From Adineta vaga (lineage: Eukaryota; Animalia; Rotifera): a DNA stretch of 64,000 nt. Both the position numbers and the translations under genes were made by a program. The stretch lies in NCBI GenBank assembly GCA_021613535.1, contig CP075494.1, positions 4,588,001-4,652,000 on the forward strand, read 5' to 3'. The notes below the pieces were generated by a model, which saw only the letters and a list, made by a program, of their open reading frames with translations, ran no database searches and was not told the origin of the DNA. Below, piece after piece: positions 12,783-24,461 of this stretch (position 1 is the first letter of the stretch; each line of letters begins with the position of its first letter).

Positions 12783-13926
12783 TCAATGTTCGAGTAAAAA
12801 TTTTCGAATTTGATTTCGATAAATGTCTGTGACATAGAGATTTTTATTTTGATCGAATTTTATTCCACCGACACGACACAGAGCATTTGATCCTGCCGTC
12901 GTACCAAAACCACCAACAATAACTTCTCCTTGTTTTGCACCTGTTGACCATCGAACTACACGAGCATTCAAAGAATCACCGACATAAATATTTTGTTCAT
13001 CAGCATCAACAATAATTGAACATGGATGATTCAATTGATTTAAATTCAATCCTGCACCATTTCCACCACAAACTGTTACACCGACTTTACTACCGGGTGA
13101 CCAGCGCTGAATCCGATGGTTTAAATAATCAGCAACATAAATATTACCGGTTTTTTCTGCAACAAAAAGTCCTGTTGGATGATCCAATTGATCTTGTCCA
13201 TCACCGAACAAATTTCCACCGGCTACAATTTCACCATTTTGTCCATTTTTATCAAATTTTAACACAGCATATTGTTCCCAATCCGATACATAAATATTTC
13301 CCTCTTTATCAACATAGATTCCTGAACACGATCGAAGAATACTATTTTTCATTTCAATGATCGTTGACGATGTTTTATCTGGTGATAATTTCAAGATACG
13401 ACGTGGATGATACATTTCCGCTACATAGATATTATCATTATTATCGATAAATATAGCTGCTGGTTTATTTCTCTTATCATCCGGAAACCATGGATTGTGT
13501 CTAGAAGAGAACTTATTACAGTTATTACAAAACAATAGTCTAAAAGAATTGAAAACTTACGCAGTGCCATCATCTACTTTCAATGCAGTCATTCCAGCTG
13601 GATTATCAGTATTACTTACTGGAAAACGTTGAATACGTCCATTTTCATGATCTGCTACATAAAAATATTGTTTTTTCGTGTCAAATACCAGATCATATGG
13701 ATTATTTAATTGATTCGCATCTCCACCTGCTGTTCCTTGATCATCACCTGCTACTACAATACCATCTTGTTTCCATTTCGGTGAAATATCACTGATTGTT
13801 TGATCAACTAAAACATTTGAAATAAAAAGAACATAGATTGTGAATGAAGAAACTTTTGAATGGAGAAATACTTGAATCAAAATCATCTAACGAATCTGTT
13901 TCAGGCCAATCTATATCCGACGTCAT
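12783..13926 (-). CDS. NHL-repeat beta-propeller protein, 3 exons
   Basis: ATG at 13926 (MTSDIDWPE). A phase-1 intron joins FK-I-DQTISDISPKWKQDGIVVAG; second intron 13560-13501. Repeats include QLNNPYDLVFD, LDHPTGLFV...IYVADYLNHRIQRW and LNHPCSIIVD. Confidence 0.8.
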
Positions 13927-14442
13927 TGATTTGATCAAAAATAAGCTGAACGATTCAGGACAGTTTTTAGTTATTTGAAATAAGTTTGACTCAAAAACAA
14001 ACTTCGATGTTTTAAATGACACTATTCTACAAAAAGTAACGATCTCTAATATGAAGAAAATGACCTTTAGAACAAACTATACAAAATATAAAAATATAAT
14101 AATTATCGATAATTAAGAAACGAATAGCAATCAAAATTGAAGAAAAAACGATTAACTGTAATTATACAAATGAAAAAACAAAAAAGTTAAATAAGAAAAA
14201 ATCAATAGGATGTGCATTTTATCTTACGTTTTCTATAGTAATTATTGTTACACTAATTATCGATGAGCAATTTCAATCAACAGAAAATAAGTAAACAATT
14301 ACACATAACATTCTGTATATGACATCTATTAATTGTAATTAATAGAAAAGAAAAAGTACAATTGACAGTTGTCAGGCACGTATGGAAATTAGTAAATATC
14401 AATAGTTTAATGTAAATGCATTAGTTATTGACTAACTCTTCT

Positions 14443-16470
14443 CTATAAAAATTGTATTTGTTTAAAAAGTGATGTCCATTCGCTGGTCGTACGATAGAAA
14501 ACAGGTGGTTGTCCTAGTGGTGCTTCTATTTCATATTGATTCTTTTCATAAGTCTTATTTGACCATATGTGTATCCATTGACCATCTGGAATTGTCACTG
14601 TCCATGTGTTCACGCCAGAGTTCACTACTGGAGCAATGAGTAGATCATTTCCAAAGAAATATTGTAGTTCTCTATGAGGAATGAGACATGATCGTCCTTG
14701 ACGATAAGCTTCTTGAATGACATATAGTGAATATGGTTTTAGATGAGCATGAATTCGACTCATTCGAGCAAAGAATTCAATACAAGTTTGATCACTATCA
14801 AATTGAACATTTGATGAAGGTCGATTTCCTTCATGTGTTCGCATAATTACATTGAAAGCAGCTATTTCACACCAACGTAGAAGAACTTCACGTGTACGTC
14901 CGATTATTCGGCCAAAATATCCACCGATATCCATATGAATAGCTAGAACATTACTTAACGACAATGATAATAAAGAACGAATTCCAGCAGGAAGACCGGC
15001 ATCATGTGTGAAATTTACTGTTTGATCACCTGTCCAAAATAGTGGACAATAGCGCTGTACATTTAAATAACCGCTACGCATAAAGAAGACTGCTTCATTT
15101 GATTTTCCTGCTTCGTGAATTGCTTCATGATTACATCGTGCCCAAAGTATTGGCCAGAGATTGTGTATCAATGCACCAGAAATATTAGCATGAACACGAA
15201 CATTACATGGAAGATATTCACCAAAATCTGCCATCCAACCAGATATACCTAAATCGAGAAGATTTCTACGTATAACTTTCTTATACCATTCGAATGCTTT
15301 TGGATTTGTTAAATCAACAATTGCGCCATTGAATTCACCAAAATCAATTAGATAAACAGTATCATTGGGTTGAAGATGTTTAACAAGAAAATCATTTTCA
15401 TTAGCTTCTTGAAAGAGCGATCCATCAGCTGCAATATATGGATTAATGTATGTAAGAAATCGACAGCCACGATAAATACGTTGCCATTCAATGATTTTTT
15501 CCTTCAAATTTGGATACCAACTTTCATTCCATTGCCAATTCCAAAAAACACGTTTACCAAACGATGTAATACGTTTTCCACACCAATCCTGCGCCCATAC
15601 GCCACCAATTCGTGTATCACATTCATGCATTTTTCGTAATTTTTCATCTATCGTATCTGTACCTCCTTGCATACCCAAAATAATACCATCTTGTAACCAT
15701 GCTGGTAGTGACGAAGGATAAAAAACCGGACGAATCAATGTTGTATCAAATCGTAATTCTAATCTGTAAGGCATAGCAGCGAAATATAGTTGATGAGAAC
15801 TGGCATCTGAAAAATCAAATTGAGCATAAGCAGATCCATATGCACAAAATGTATAACCACGAGAAGAAACGAACATAGGTTGAGGATGATAAGTCGTATG
15901 CTCAGCAGGACGAACACATGTACTATTATTATTGACATGTAACTGATCATGATCCCATTCTGAAACCCAAATCGGTAAGATCTTTTGTCGAAGGTCACCT
16001 GTAGAAAATTGAAGGCCAGCACCATGTACAGTTTCGTGATCAAATGGTAAGGCATTTATCGTTAACCAGAGATTAGTCGTATCGCTATCATCCACTGAAG
16101 TTGCTTCACGTTCAAGCGGTTTATCTTCTTCAATTATTGAACGAATATAATTCGAGACGGTCGATGATGGAAATTCAATTTGTAAACCATCAGAATTCAA
16201 AATAAATTTTAATTGTAAATGATATGAGTTATTTTCTTCAGTAAATAGAATCTGATAGATTTCAGATGAATTAATCTCTTCAATATTTTGTATTTGAAGA
16301 TTTCGTTTTTTATCAACTTTATGTTCGATCGAAAAATGTCCAAGATGCATATTATAGGTTGATTGACATGTACCTATTTGGAAAAGAGGATGTTCAGGAC
16401 AGTGCTCAAGAATACATTGACCATGCAAATAAATAGCAAAGCTATTCAATGAATATGAACGAAATTCCAT
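14443..16470 (-). CDS. yihQ: GH31 alpha-glycosidase, sulfoquinovosidase (YihQ-like), intronless
   Basis: GMQGG, WAQDWCGKRITSFGKRVFWNWQWN, nucleophile GWMADFGEYLP, acid/base WTGDQ, DIGGY and MRTHEGNRP all match the E. coli YihQ motif set as I recall it. Confidence 0.85.
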   Translation of the reverse strand: MEFRSYSLNSFAIYLHGQCILEHCPEHPLFQIGTCQSTYNMHLGHFSIEHKVDKKRNLQIQNIEEINSSEIYQILFTEENNSYHLQLKFILNSDGLQIEFPSSTVSNYIRSIIEEDKPLEREATSVDDSDTTNLWLTINALPFDHETVHGAGLQFSTGDLRQKILPIWVSEWDHDQLHVNNNSTCVRPAEHTTYHPQPMFVSSRGYTFCAYGSAYAQFDFSDASSHQLYFAAMPYRLELRFDTTLIRPVFYPSSLPAWLQDGIILGMQGGTDTIDEKLRKMHECDTRIGGVWAQDWCGKRITSFGKRVFWNWQWNESWYPNLKEKIIEWQRIYRGCRFLTYINPYIAADGSLFQEANENDFLVKHLQPNDTVYLIDFGEFNGAIVDLTNPKAFEWYKKVIRRNLLDLGISGWMADFGEYLPCNVRVHANISGALIHNLWPILWARCNHEAIHEAGKSNEAVFFMRSGYLNVQRYCPLFWTGDQTVNFTHDAGLPAGIRSLLSLSLSNVLAIHMDIGGYFGRIIGRTREVLLRWCEIAAFNVIMRTHEGNRPSSNVQFDSDQTCIEFFARMSRIHAHLKPYSLYVIQEAYRQGRSCLIPHRELQYFFGNDLLIAPVVNSGVNTWTVTIPDGQWIHIWSNKTYEKNQYEIEAPLGQPPVFYRTTSEWTSLFKQIQFL

Positions 16471-16678
16471 CGTTTTGGTGCGAGCGACTATTTAAAATTG
16501 TTATCAACAGTAGAATAGACGCACATGTAAACTCTATTCTTTCTTCTTATCATATTATATATAACTATATAGTGAAGATGTGGGTGTGAGTTAAAGTGAA
16601 AAACATATTCATTTCATAGGGTCGAAAAAATTACAGATTATTAAAAAAAAAAGATTGTTTGTTTTTGTATAGGGTAAT

Positions 16679-16945
16679 TTATGTAGTTGCAATGTGAAAG
16701 TTAGAAGATTTGGATGTTTGTTCGAGTTTTCGTGAATATTCAATTGGTGTCATGAATAAAAAGTGTGGATTAACTAATGTATATAGAAATGTTGTTCTAT
16801 CTAAACTTGATGATCGTATTTCATAGCCATTGGAAAGATGAAATGCTATAGCAATAGATGCTGCTTTTAAATCAAGAGGAGCTGAACCTGTAATAATTAC
16901 AACAGGAGGATATTGACCAGAATAATACGAATCATATGAATTCAT
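16679..16945 (-). CDS. Small hypothetical protein (88 aa)
   Basis: ATG-initiated ORF of protein-like composition; no recognisable motif. Confidence 0.35.
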   Translation of the reverse strand: MNSYDSYYSGQYPPVVIITGSAPLDLKAASIAIAFHLSNGYEIRSSSLDRTTFLYTLVNPHFLFMTPIEYSRKLEQTSKSSNFHIATT

Positions 16946-18517
16946 TTGTTCAAGACTTTCAATATGTATATAATTATAGAATATCTACAAACTAAAGAGA
17001 AATTATATATTATCCAATGATTAAGATTTTGTATGAAGAGCATGTTTTTTTTTAAAAGTAAAAAAAAAGAGGTTGATATATGAATACATTTATTTTTTCG
17101 TTTTTTACTTGTATGCATATGAAAGTAAACAATGATTAAGATTTTTTGTTTGTACATTTTTTTCTTTGTGCTTCTATTAACTTAGCTATAGTTAGAATTT
17201 CTTGGCCTTTTGTTAATTCTTAACTATACGCAATTACCAGTCGAGATGAAAAGAATCCTAATAACTGTCATATGTTTTTTTTTTGCTGTATGGCTATAAA
17301 AAGAAGTAACGAATTCATCTAATTGCTCTGTATACATTGGTGTCATGTTCTTTTCTTTTCTTCTTTTATTATTCACTTGTTATAAAAAAATCAAATGTTC
17401 GCCATATGCAATGATATACCGTTACCTTGAAAACTAGTCAGAAATGACTATTATCTGATGTTTTGATTTACTTTAAAATTTCGCTGTATTTTATAAGAGT
17501 ACATTTCAATCTGAAGATATGGCAAGCTGTTTAACAATTGAATATGTTAAAAAGATTTTCCATTTTTTCAAACTTTACTAGATAGAAGGAAAGAGTAAAC
17601 TGATTAGCTTATTATATTAAGGTCGAGACGGAAACGACACTGAATTTAGTTTTAATATAGATCAATAGATATAAAAGAAAAAGTAATAGAATATGTAATA
17701 TTTCTGGTATATTTCTAATTTCGTCTACAGCACAAAAGATAAAATCCAAAATATTGACAAACGATTTTTCTATATATTTTGTTCCAGATGATCACGAATT
17801 ATTTGATATTGTAAGAAGATGAATACAACTTAAATTTCACTAAACTCCCCAAGATTGCTACTTATACAACAAACTTAATTTAACTATAGAATCTTTATTT
17901 CAAAGAAAAGGAAAAAATCGTTATGAATGACATCACATTAAATATTCACTTTTGTCTTTTAACTATAACTTCAGTCACTTCGAGAAGAATTCGTTAGGGT
18001 TTGTAATATGTCCAAATCTCTATCGCTGGATGCATAAAACTTCTTGAATGTTTCCTCATCGATATTATTTTCTATTTTTTCTAGATCCATCTTTTCACAT
18101 ATTTCAGTACATACGTGTGTACGAAAACATTCACGCATGCTGGCATGGATTAGAATTCAATGAATACTTTTATTAAGACAGCTTTTGCTCTAGAAAATTT
18201 ATGAGGAATAATTCAAACTAGAAAAATTATATTGAAAACTTCCTACAGATGTTCTTATCCGTATTTCTTTGAGAATGAGTGTGTAGTATACAATTTTCAT
18301 TGTAATTATACCCTATATTCTCTTACTTAATCTGCTTGTCAAACAGGACAGGTAAAAATGATGGTGAGATATGGATATATTCATCCACACCTATATTCAA
18401 ACCCTTTCATTCAAACAGCTGATATCATTTATTAACATACTTGAAATCAAAATAAAACATCCTGAATTTAAATGAATATCTTTATGTTAAAACTAGAGTG
18501 TATTAAATCGATTTTTT

Positions 18518-18763
18518 TCAGTTGCGACATGTGCACACTTTTTGGCCATTGCAAAAGCCACCTCGATAGCCAAGGTATAAACAATGGGCAGCACAAAAAC
18601 TATCACCTGACGAAAAACCAGCAAATTGAAACGACAATAAGTCACATGTGACACGAAGCTGTGGAATTGGTGCTTGATTGCGACCATCGATTGTTGGTGT
18701 ACTACAAACCATACCAAACATGATAACAAGAAGAGCAATGACGTTGAAAACACGAAAAAACAT
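18518..18763 (-). CDS. Insect-type CS-alpha-beta defensin precursor
   Basis: Signal peptide, propeptide ending in R, then mature [44 protein letters not shown] with C-x16-C-x3-C-x9-C-x5-C-x-C spacing. Confidence 0.9.
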   Translation of the reverse strand: MFFRVFNVIALLVIMFGMVCSTPTIDGRNQAPIPQLRVTCDLLSFQFAGFSSGDSFCAAHCLYLGYRGGFCNGQKVCTCRN

Positions 18764-18824
18764 TGTTAAGTGAATAAAGTTAACAGTAAGAAGATAATGA
18801 CTAGAAACGACGATAATCAGTGGT

Positions 18825-18831
18825 TTTTATA
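18825..18831 (-). promoter_or_regulatory. TATA box upstream of the defensin gene
   Basis: TATAAAA on the minus strand about 60 bp upstream of the ATG; AATAAA at 18428-18433 downstream of the stop. Confidence 0.45.
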
Positions 18832-19358
18832 GTGTAGCTTCCAAAGTTAAAGTTCTGTGTCCGCGAAAATACGAGCAAACATGTGTCGATAATCACATCC
18901 GTCTGAATTTATTAGTAATAATGACAATTATATGTCGTCACTTTAAAATAGGACGATGGGAATAGTATGGCATATGGTGTGATTCGTAATATGAAGAACG
19001 AACGAACGAAATAAATAAAACGTAAAATCGTATCTGTATCTATTTTTTGTCAACATTGATTCACGATATACTGTATGATATTCTTACAATCAGTATAGTG
19101 ATTTTTTATCGATAGTGGATGGAAAAATTAGAAGCAGTGCTTGTACTTTGGTATCTGATTTTATATGAACAACATTTATACACCATGAGATACAGTACAA
19201 AAAGAAAAATATTCATTCTCTAAACTAAATATCTAAAGTTGATGCAACAGGACTGTTGATTCTTCGTTACTATTGTTTAAAAGCCCATTATCATTCTTGT
19301 TCTTCTTATCATATATTCTTTTTTAAATAAAACCATAAAAGTACTTAGTTGAAAAAAA

Positions 19359-20390
19359 ATGAAAAAACAACAAGTTGTCGTGTTGTGTGTGTTGATATTA
19401 ATTGTGACCATTTCATCGAGTAGTCCAGTTCCGACTATTTTGGATACAGATATTGGTACTGATTACGATGATCAAATGGCCTTAAGTTTTATTCTTTCAA
19501 ATCCAGAAGGGTTCGATTTGAAATTAGTTATTTGTTCAACATATAATACAACAGCACGTGCTCAAATTGTGGCGAAAACATTAGCGATTTATGGTCGTTA
19601 TGATGTTCCAGTTGCCATTGGTCGAAATACGGGTGTAAAAAGTATTTGGGAATATCAGTGGGCACAAAATTATACACTTGACCAATTTCAAAGAGAAGGA
19701 GGAACAGTTTTTGAAAATGGTGAAGATGCTTTATATAAAGAATTACAAAAAGCAACACCAAATAATATATATCATTTAATTGAAATATCTCCAGCCACAT
19801 CTGTCGGCGATGTTTTACAACGTTTAAAACCTGAAATAGCAAAGAATATTCGTCTATTTGCAATGGCTGGATCTATCTATCGTGGTTATGGAAATTCTAG
19901 TCAACCATCGAAAGAATATAATGTTGTTGAAGATGTTACTGCTGCTCAATTTATGTTCAATACATCGTGGTCTTATTTTGGATTAGCACCTTTAGATACT
20001 ACAATTTTCATGCAATTTAATGGTCCTGTATGGCAACAATTTCTTTCGTATCGTAATAAAAATACACGTGTACAATTAATTCTTGATTCGTATACAACTT
20101 GGTACAACAATGGTGGAAAAGATATCGGTGCTATGGAACCTTTTAGTCCTGAAATTGGGACAAGTACGATGTATGATGTTTTAGCAGCTATTTTAAGTTT
20201 ATACTATCCAAAAACAATTACTATGATATCAAGACAATTACCACTAATTGTCACAAATGATGGTTTTACTCAGATTAATACAGTACAAGGAAAATCAGTT
20301 AATGCATCGGTAATGTTCGAAAGTTCAAATCCATATAATTCAACATCGATACTTGGAATAGTTACATTATATTCGATTATTTTTTCATGA
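19359..20390 (+). CDS. Secreted inosine-uridine-preferring nucleoside hydrolase family protein, intronless
   Basis: Signal peptide; Ca-binding ILDTDIGTDYDDQMAL (DxDxxxDD); MAGSI, EYNV..D, LDTT and MYDVLA motifs. Confidence 0.85.
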   Translation: MKKQQVVVLCVLILIVTISSSSPVPTILDTDIGTDYDDQMALSFILSNPEGFDLKLVICSTYNTTARAQIVAKTLAIYGRYDVPVAIGRNTGVKSIWEYQWAQNYTLDQFQREGGTVFENGEDALYKELQKATPNNIYHLIEISPATSVGDVLQRLKPEIAKNIRLFAMAGSIYRGYGNSSQPSKEYNVVEDVTAAQFMFNTSWSYFGLAPLDTTIFMQFNGPVWQQFLSYRNKNTRVQLILDSYTTWYNNGGKDIGAMEPFSPEIGTSTMYDVLAAILSLYYPKTITMISRQLPLIVTNDGFTQINTVQGKSVNASVMFESSNPYNSTSILGIVTLYSIIFS

Positions 20391-20427
20391 ACTAACCATT
20401 CAGAACAAAAACGTTCTTTTTTTATAA

Positions 20428-20647
20428 AGGTGAAGTTAGCAAGAGATTCGACTTTTCTTTGAACGTATTCGTTTCATATGCTGTGCTAAGTAGAGCTCAA
20501 TGAGCTCTATCGATTGATATATTCGATTCTACGAGAACATCAAAATAAGTTCCACAGTCGCAAAAGAACTCTTCTTTCTTCACGGGTGTGGGTGTGTTTG
20601 TGTGTGCCTTCTCTTTCATCACCCACACCCACACCCACACCCTCGTG
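20428..20647 (+). repeat. Left arm of a long inverted repeat (87-bp terminal block plus telomere-repeat hairpin)
   Basis: 20428-20514 matches the reverse complement of 22009-22095 at 80/87 nt. 20584-20644 matches the reverse complement of 21924-21984 (shared core cttctctttcatcac). Confidence 0.9.
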
Positions 20648-20793
20648 TTCTTTTTAATAACGAAAAACTCAGAACGAAGAATTAATAATTAGTATGAATC
20701 AGTGTTTAATTAGCATAAAAAATCGATCAATGTCGAAAAGAGAGAGAGAATAGCAAAAAAAGAAATTTTAGTCGGAATGTGATCAATCTTTCA

Positions 20794-21505
20794 TTAAATC
20801 ATTACTGCTACAATCACTCCACCCATATTGAGCACCGCTGCAATAATGCCCCAAATTGCAGCTCCACTCACCGAGTATCCATACGGAGATGTAGCAAAAC
20901 TAATACCCAATACTAGACTAAGTATAGCGAATACAAGAGAAACTATGGGGATAATCTTAATTGATAAAATCAATCCTCGGGTTGCCTTAGCACCTAGAAC
21001 TAAACATGCTAAAAACAACAAGACAACAAGCATTGAAATAGCACAGGTAATTGTCAAAGTTGATCGAGTAACCATCATTTTAGTACATTGAGAAGAAGTC
21101 ATAGCGGAGCACACCGAATCGAAACATACCCATCTATTCAGAACAAACGAACAATCTTGCCATAGACCCTTAGTGAATTTTATTGAGGAAAATGTAGCTG
21201 CACTCCTAAAAAAGATGGAGACGTATTTTGTATCGTTCATACTCTTTTTTTTCTTGAACATGATCAATCTACTTCGTTCGAAACGATTAACTGTCATCCT
21301 CTATTGATTAGAGAATTGTATTATACTACTCTGATTGACTCTCATAAGGACAAACCATGACATGAACAAAATGCTTTTTTTTTAGGTAAAAATAGTCGAA
21401 GATAACATACCATGATGCTAGAGTATTACTGAAAATGAACAAGATACTGGCTAAGATCATTATACCACCACCGATGAATGATAATGTTCGTCTATTAACA
21501 GTCAT
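20794..21505 (-). CDS. Claudin/PMP22-family tetraspan membrane protein, 2 exons
   Basis: Exon 1 is 21505-21411 (MTVNRRTLSFIGGGIMILASILFIFSNTLAS-W), intron 21410-21206, exon 2 21205-20794. W...GLW..C...C claudin signature and four hydrophobic helices. Confidence 0.8.
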
Positions 21506-21923
21506 CTTTCTATGCTATTTCCAAGGTCACTATTTAGCAAAAGAAGTCGAATGGTGAATGAGAAATACCAGAAACAAGCGACTCTCTGGTATTTATACTA
21601 TGTGACAAACATAGAAGAGATAAGAAAATCCACCAATCTTACTTTGCAACTCTACTGGTGATGAAAGAACAAACGTCATAATAGATATGAAGTGATGTAG
21701 ACCCATGAATTACGTAGTGGTTGTGCAATTCTTTTTTAAAGGAATTTTTAAGAAAATTATGATTCCTATAAAAAAAATCAATTTAAATAAAACATCTTTC
21801 TCATAATGTGTTCTAATTGTCTTATGTCATTAATACAAAAACTATTATCGAATTTCATTATAATACTAACGGACAATAATAAATCAAATGAAATACGATC
21901 TGAAAGAGAGTGTTGAAGTGTTT

Positions 21924-22095
21924 AAGGGTAGAAATTTGGGTATGAGTGATGAAAGAGAAGATACAAACAAACATCCTCACCCTCAATGGAGCATATTGAG
22001 ATGCAACGATCGATAGAGCTCGTTGAGTTCTACTTGGCACACCATGTGTAACGAATACGTTCAAAGAAAAGTCGAATCTCTTGCCAACTTCACCT
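21924..22095 (-). repeat. Right arm of the long inverted repeat
   Basis: Reverse complement of the 20428-20647 arm, with a shorter spacer between the two blocks. Confidence 0.9.
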
Positions 22096-22320
22096 ACATC
22101 TTGTTTTTAATAAACCGATTTATTGCAAGTAAAGTAAAGTGCGACATCTTTTCTTCGAACGCGAAAATATGAAAATCCAATCGAATTGAATTATTTATCA
22201 CGTGACGAAAACAGTTTCCAGTCTAATAATGATCGTTAAACAAAGAACGAAAGAAAATCGATTCTTTAGATTTATTCCACAAAACAAAACTTAAACCAAT
22301 TTAATTTGTTTTTGTTCGAA

Positions 22321-24261
22321 ATGATGTTAAATCAACCATCCTTATATCGTCATTTTCAACATTCATCAAAAAAACGAACATTAAAATTATCTCATCATTC
22401 GGAACGATTAACCAAACGATTAAAAGCATCCATTGAACCAAAATCGACACTTGAATGTTTACCAAACGAATTATTTTATCAGATTTTTTCTTATTTAACC
22501 GACCGAGAATTATTAAATTCATTTCGTTTCTTACCATTCCATCATCGTTTTGATGAATTAATTGAAAATCGGACGTCAATCAATCTTCAATCGATTCAAC
22601 GTTCACAATTCATTGAATTTTTCTATGAAAAATCTTCAATTAATCCACAAATTCTTCGTCAAATTCGTCTATTCAACAACGAAGAAACTCCCGGCATGAT
22701 TCACTTCTTTTTTTCAATTTATTCATGGAATTTATTTCCTAATTTAAAAATCTTAGTTCTCGATCAACCGGAACAAAAAGATCTAATTGTAAAAATCTTC
22801 CTTTCTATTTATATTTCTATTCTATCTATTTTCTTTCTCTTAGAAATTAATGAAATACTTTTCCGAACTCGAACATTTATCTATTCGTCTATCAACATTA
22901 GTTCGAATGCCAACTATGGTCTATACAAATCTCTATTCATCAATTGCAAATTCGTCTTTAAAATCATTAGCAATTCATGACGATCCCGATGAACCAATTA
23001 CTTTACCTGAACATCTTTCATTGCCAAATTTAACTAAATTAACATTAGGATCTTTAACAATGTTTGATATACAACGAATTCTTCAATCGGCACCGAAATT
23101 ATCTTATCTGAAATTTCATCTCAATTCCGATCAATCGAATCGATATTTCGAACATAATCTTTCAACAAATATTACAGGTTTGTAATATCTTGGAGTTCTC
23201 TTTACATGAAATCTATTTGTTTTCTTCTAGAACTTGATATTGATGGTCCACGTGCTGAATTTGATTTGATTGAAAAACTATTACGTCAAACACGGAAATT
23301 AAAGAGATTGAAATTGATTTCTCGTGGTGTTAATGCATCGATTTGGGAATGTTTTATCAAAGAAAATTTACCAAATTTAATTGATTTTCGTTTTAAATTT
23401 GATATTCGTCAAAAAGATATAAATTTAATCGAATATGAACAAGATTGGTGGAAAAATGAAAAGAAATGGATTGTTATTGGTCATCCATTATCATCATTAA
23501 TCTATACAATACCTTTTATTGATACAAAATTAATCTTAAATGCACGAACAGCTTTTCGTCAAGAGGTTTTTTTCTTTCGAAATACAAAAAATTCTTTTAT
23601 TTTTTTTCTATTTGTATAGAAATGTTTATCATCGAAACTATCAAATGAATATTCAAATATTCGTCAATTAATTTTAACATTAAATCCACTTAGTTTTAAA
23701 TTATGTCGTAGTGATGAAATTTATTTCGATAAACTTCATTCATTAACATTAATTGACTATAAACATTCACAAAAACCAATTTCACATTTACGAACATTGA
23801 TTAATCTATCAACAATCTCTCATTTAACAATTGATCATCGAATGCGTTCAGGAACATTCGTTTTATTAATCAAAGAAATGCCACATTTGTGTTCAATTGC
23901 TGGACAAGATGTCGCATTTTCAGCTATAACAAATAAATTTCAAAATGAACATGTCATTTCATTTTTCAAAGAAAATATTCGAAAATTAACCATAAGTCCA
24001 TTGAAACCATGTGATGATATTCGTTATGTTTCACAATTATGTGTTATTTTTTCACATATACATCATTTATCATTAAGTCTCAAATGGGCAATTGATATCT
24101 GGCCATGGTTAACTAAAATTTCCAATCTATCAAGTGCAACTGTTTTCTGTCGTTATGGATCATTCATTGATTTAATCAATGATCCACTGAATCATAAATG
24201 GTTTTTTAATTGTACTTATGAATTACGTAGTCATCAAGATTTACGTTTATGGATTCAATAG
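22321..24261 (+). CDS. F-box/LRR-like protein (bdelloid-expanded family), multi-exon
   Basis: LECLPNELFYQIFSYL F-box, LRR-like segments and IYTIPF motif. ORF fragments 22321-22980, 22850-23185, 23206-23619 and 23797-24261 are separated by short GT-AG introns; ends LRLWIQ. Confidence 0.75.
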
Positions 24262-24461
24262 ATGATGTGCATTTTATTTCTCTGTAGATTTCTTTTTTTT
24301 CGTCTTTATTTTATATAAATAAACCAAACTATATGAAGTTGAATTGAGAAGACTAAAACATTCTTTAGATAACAAGAAAAAAACAACGATACTTCATGTT
24401 AAAAAGGAACGTAAGTCATCAAATGAAAGAATTTCAGGTGAGTTTATCTTTGAAAACAATG

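Noticed and set aside
17400-18300. Possible decayed gene between the small ORF and the defensin
   Set aside because: No recognisable motif or sustained reading frame.
21206-21297. Second 'MTVNR' start inside the claudin intron, mirroring exon 1
   Set aside because: The match is only five codons, and this ORF extension lacks TM1. It is probably coincidence, and the spliced model fits the claudin signature better.
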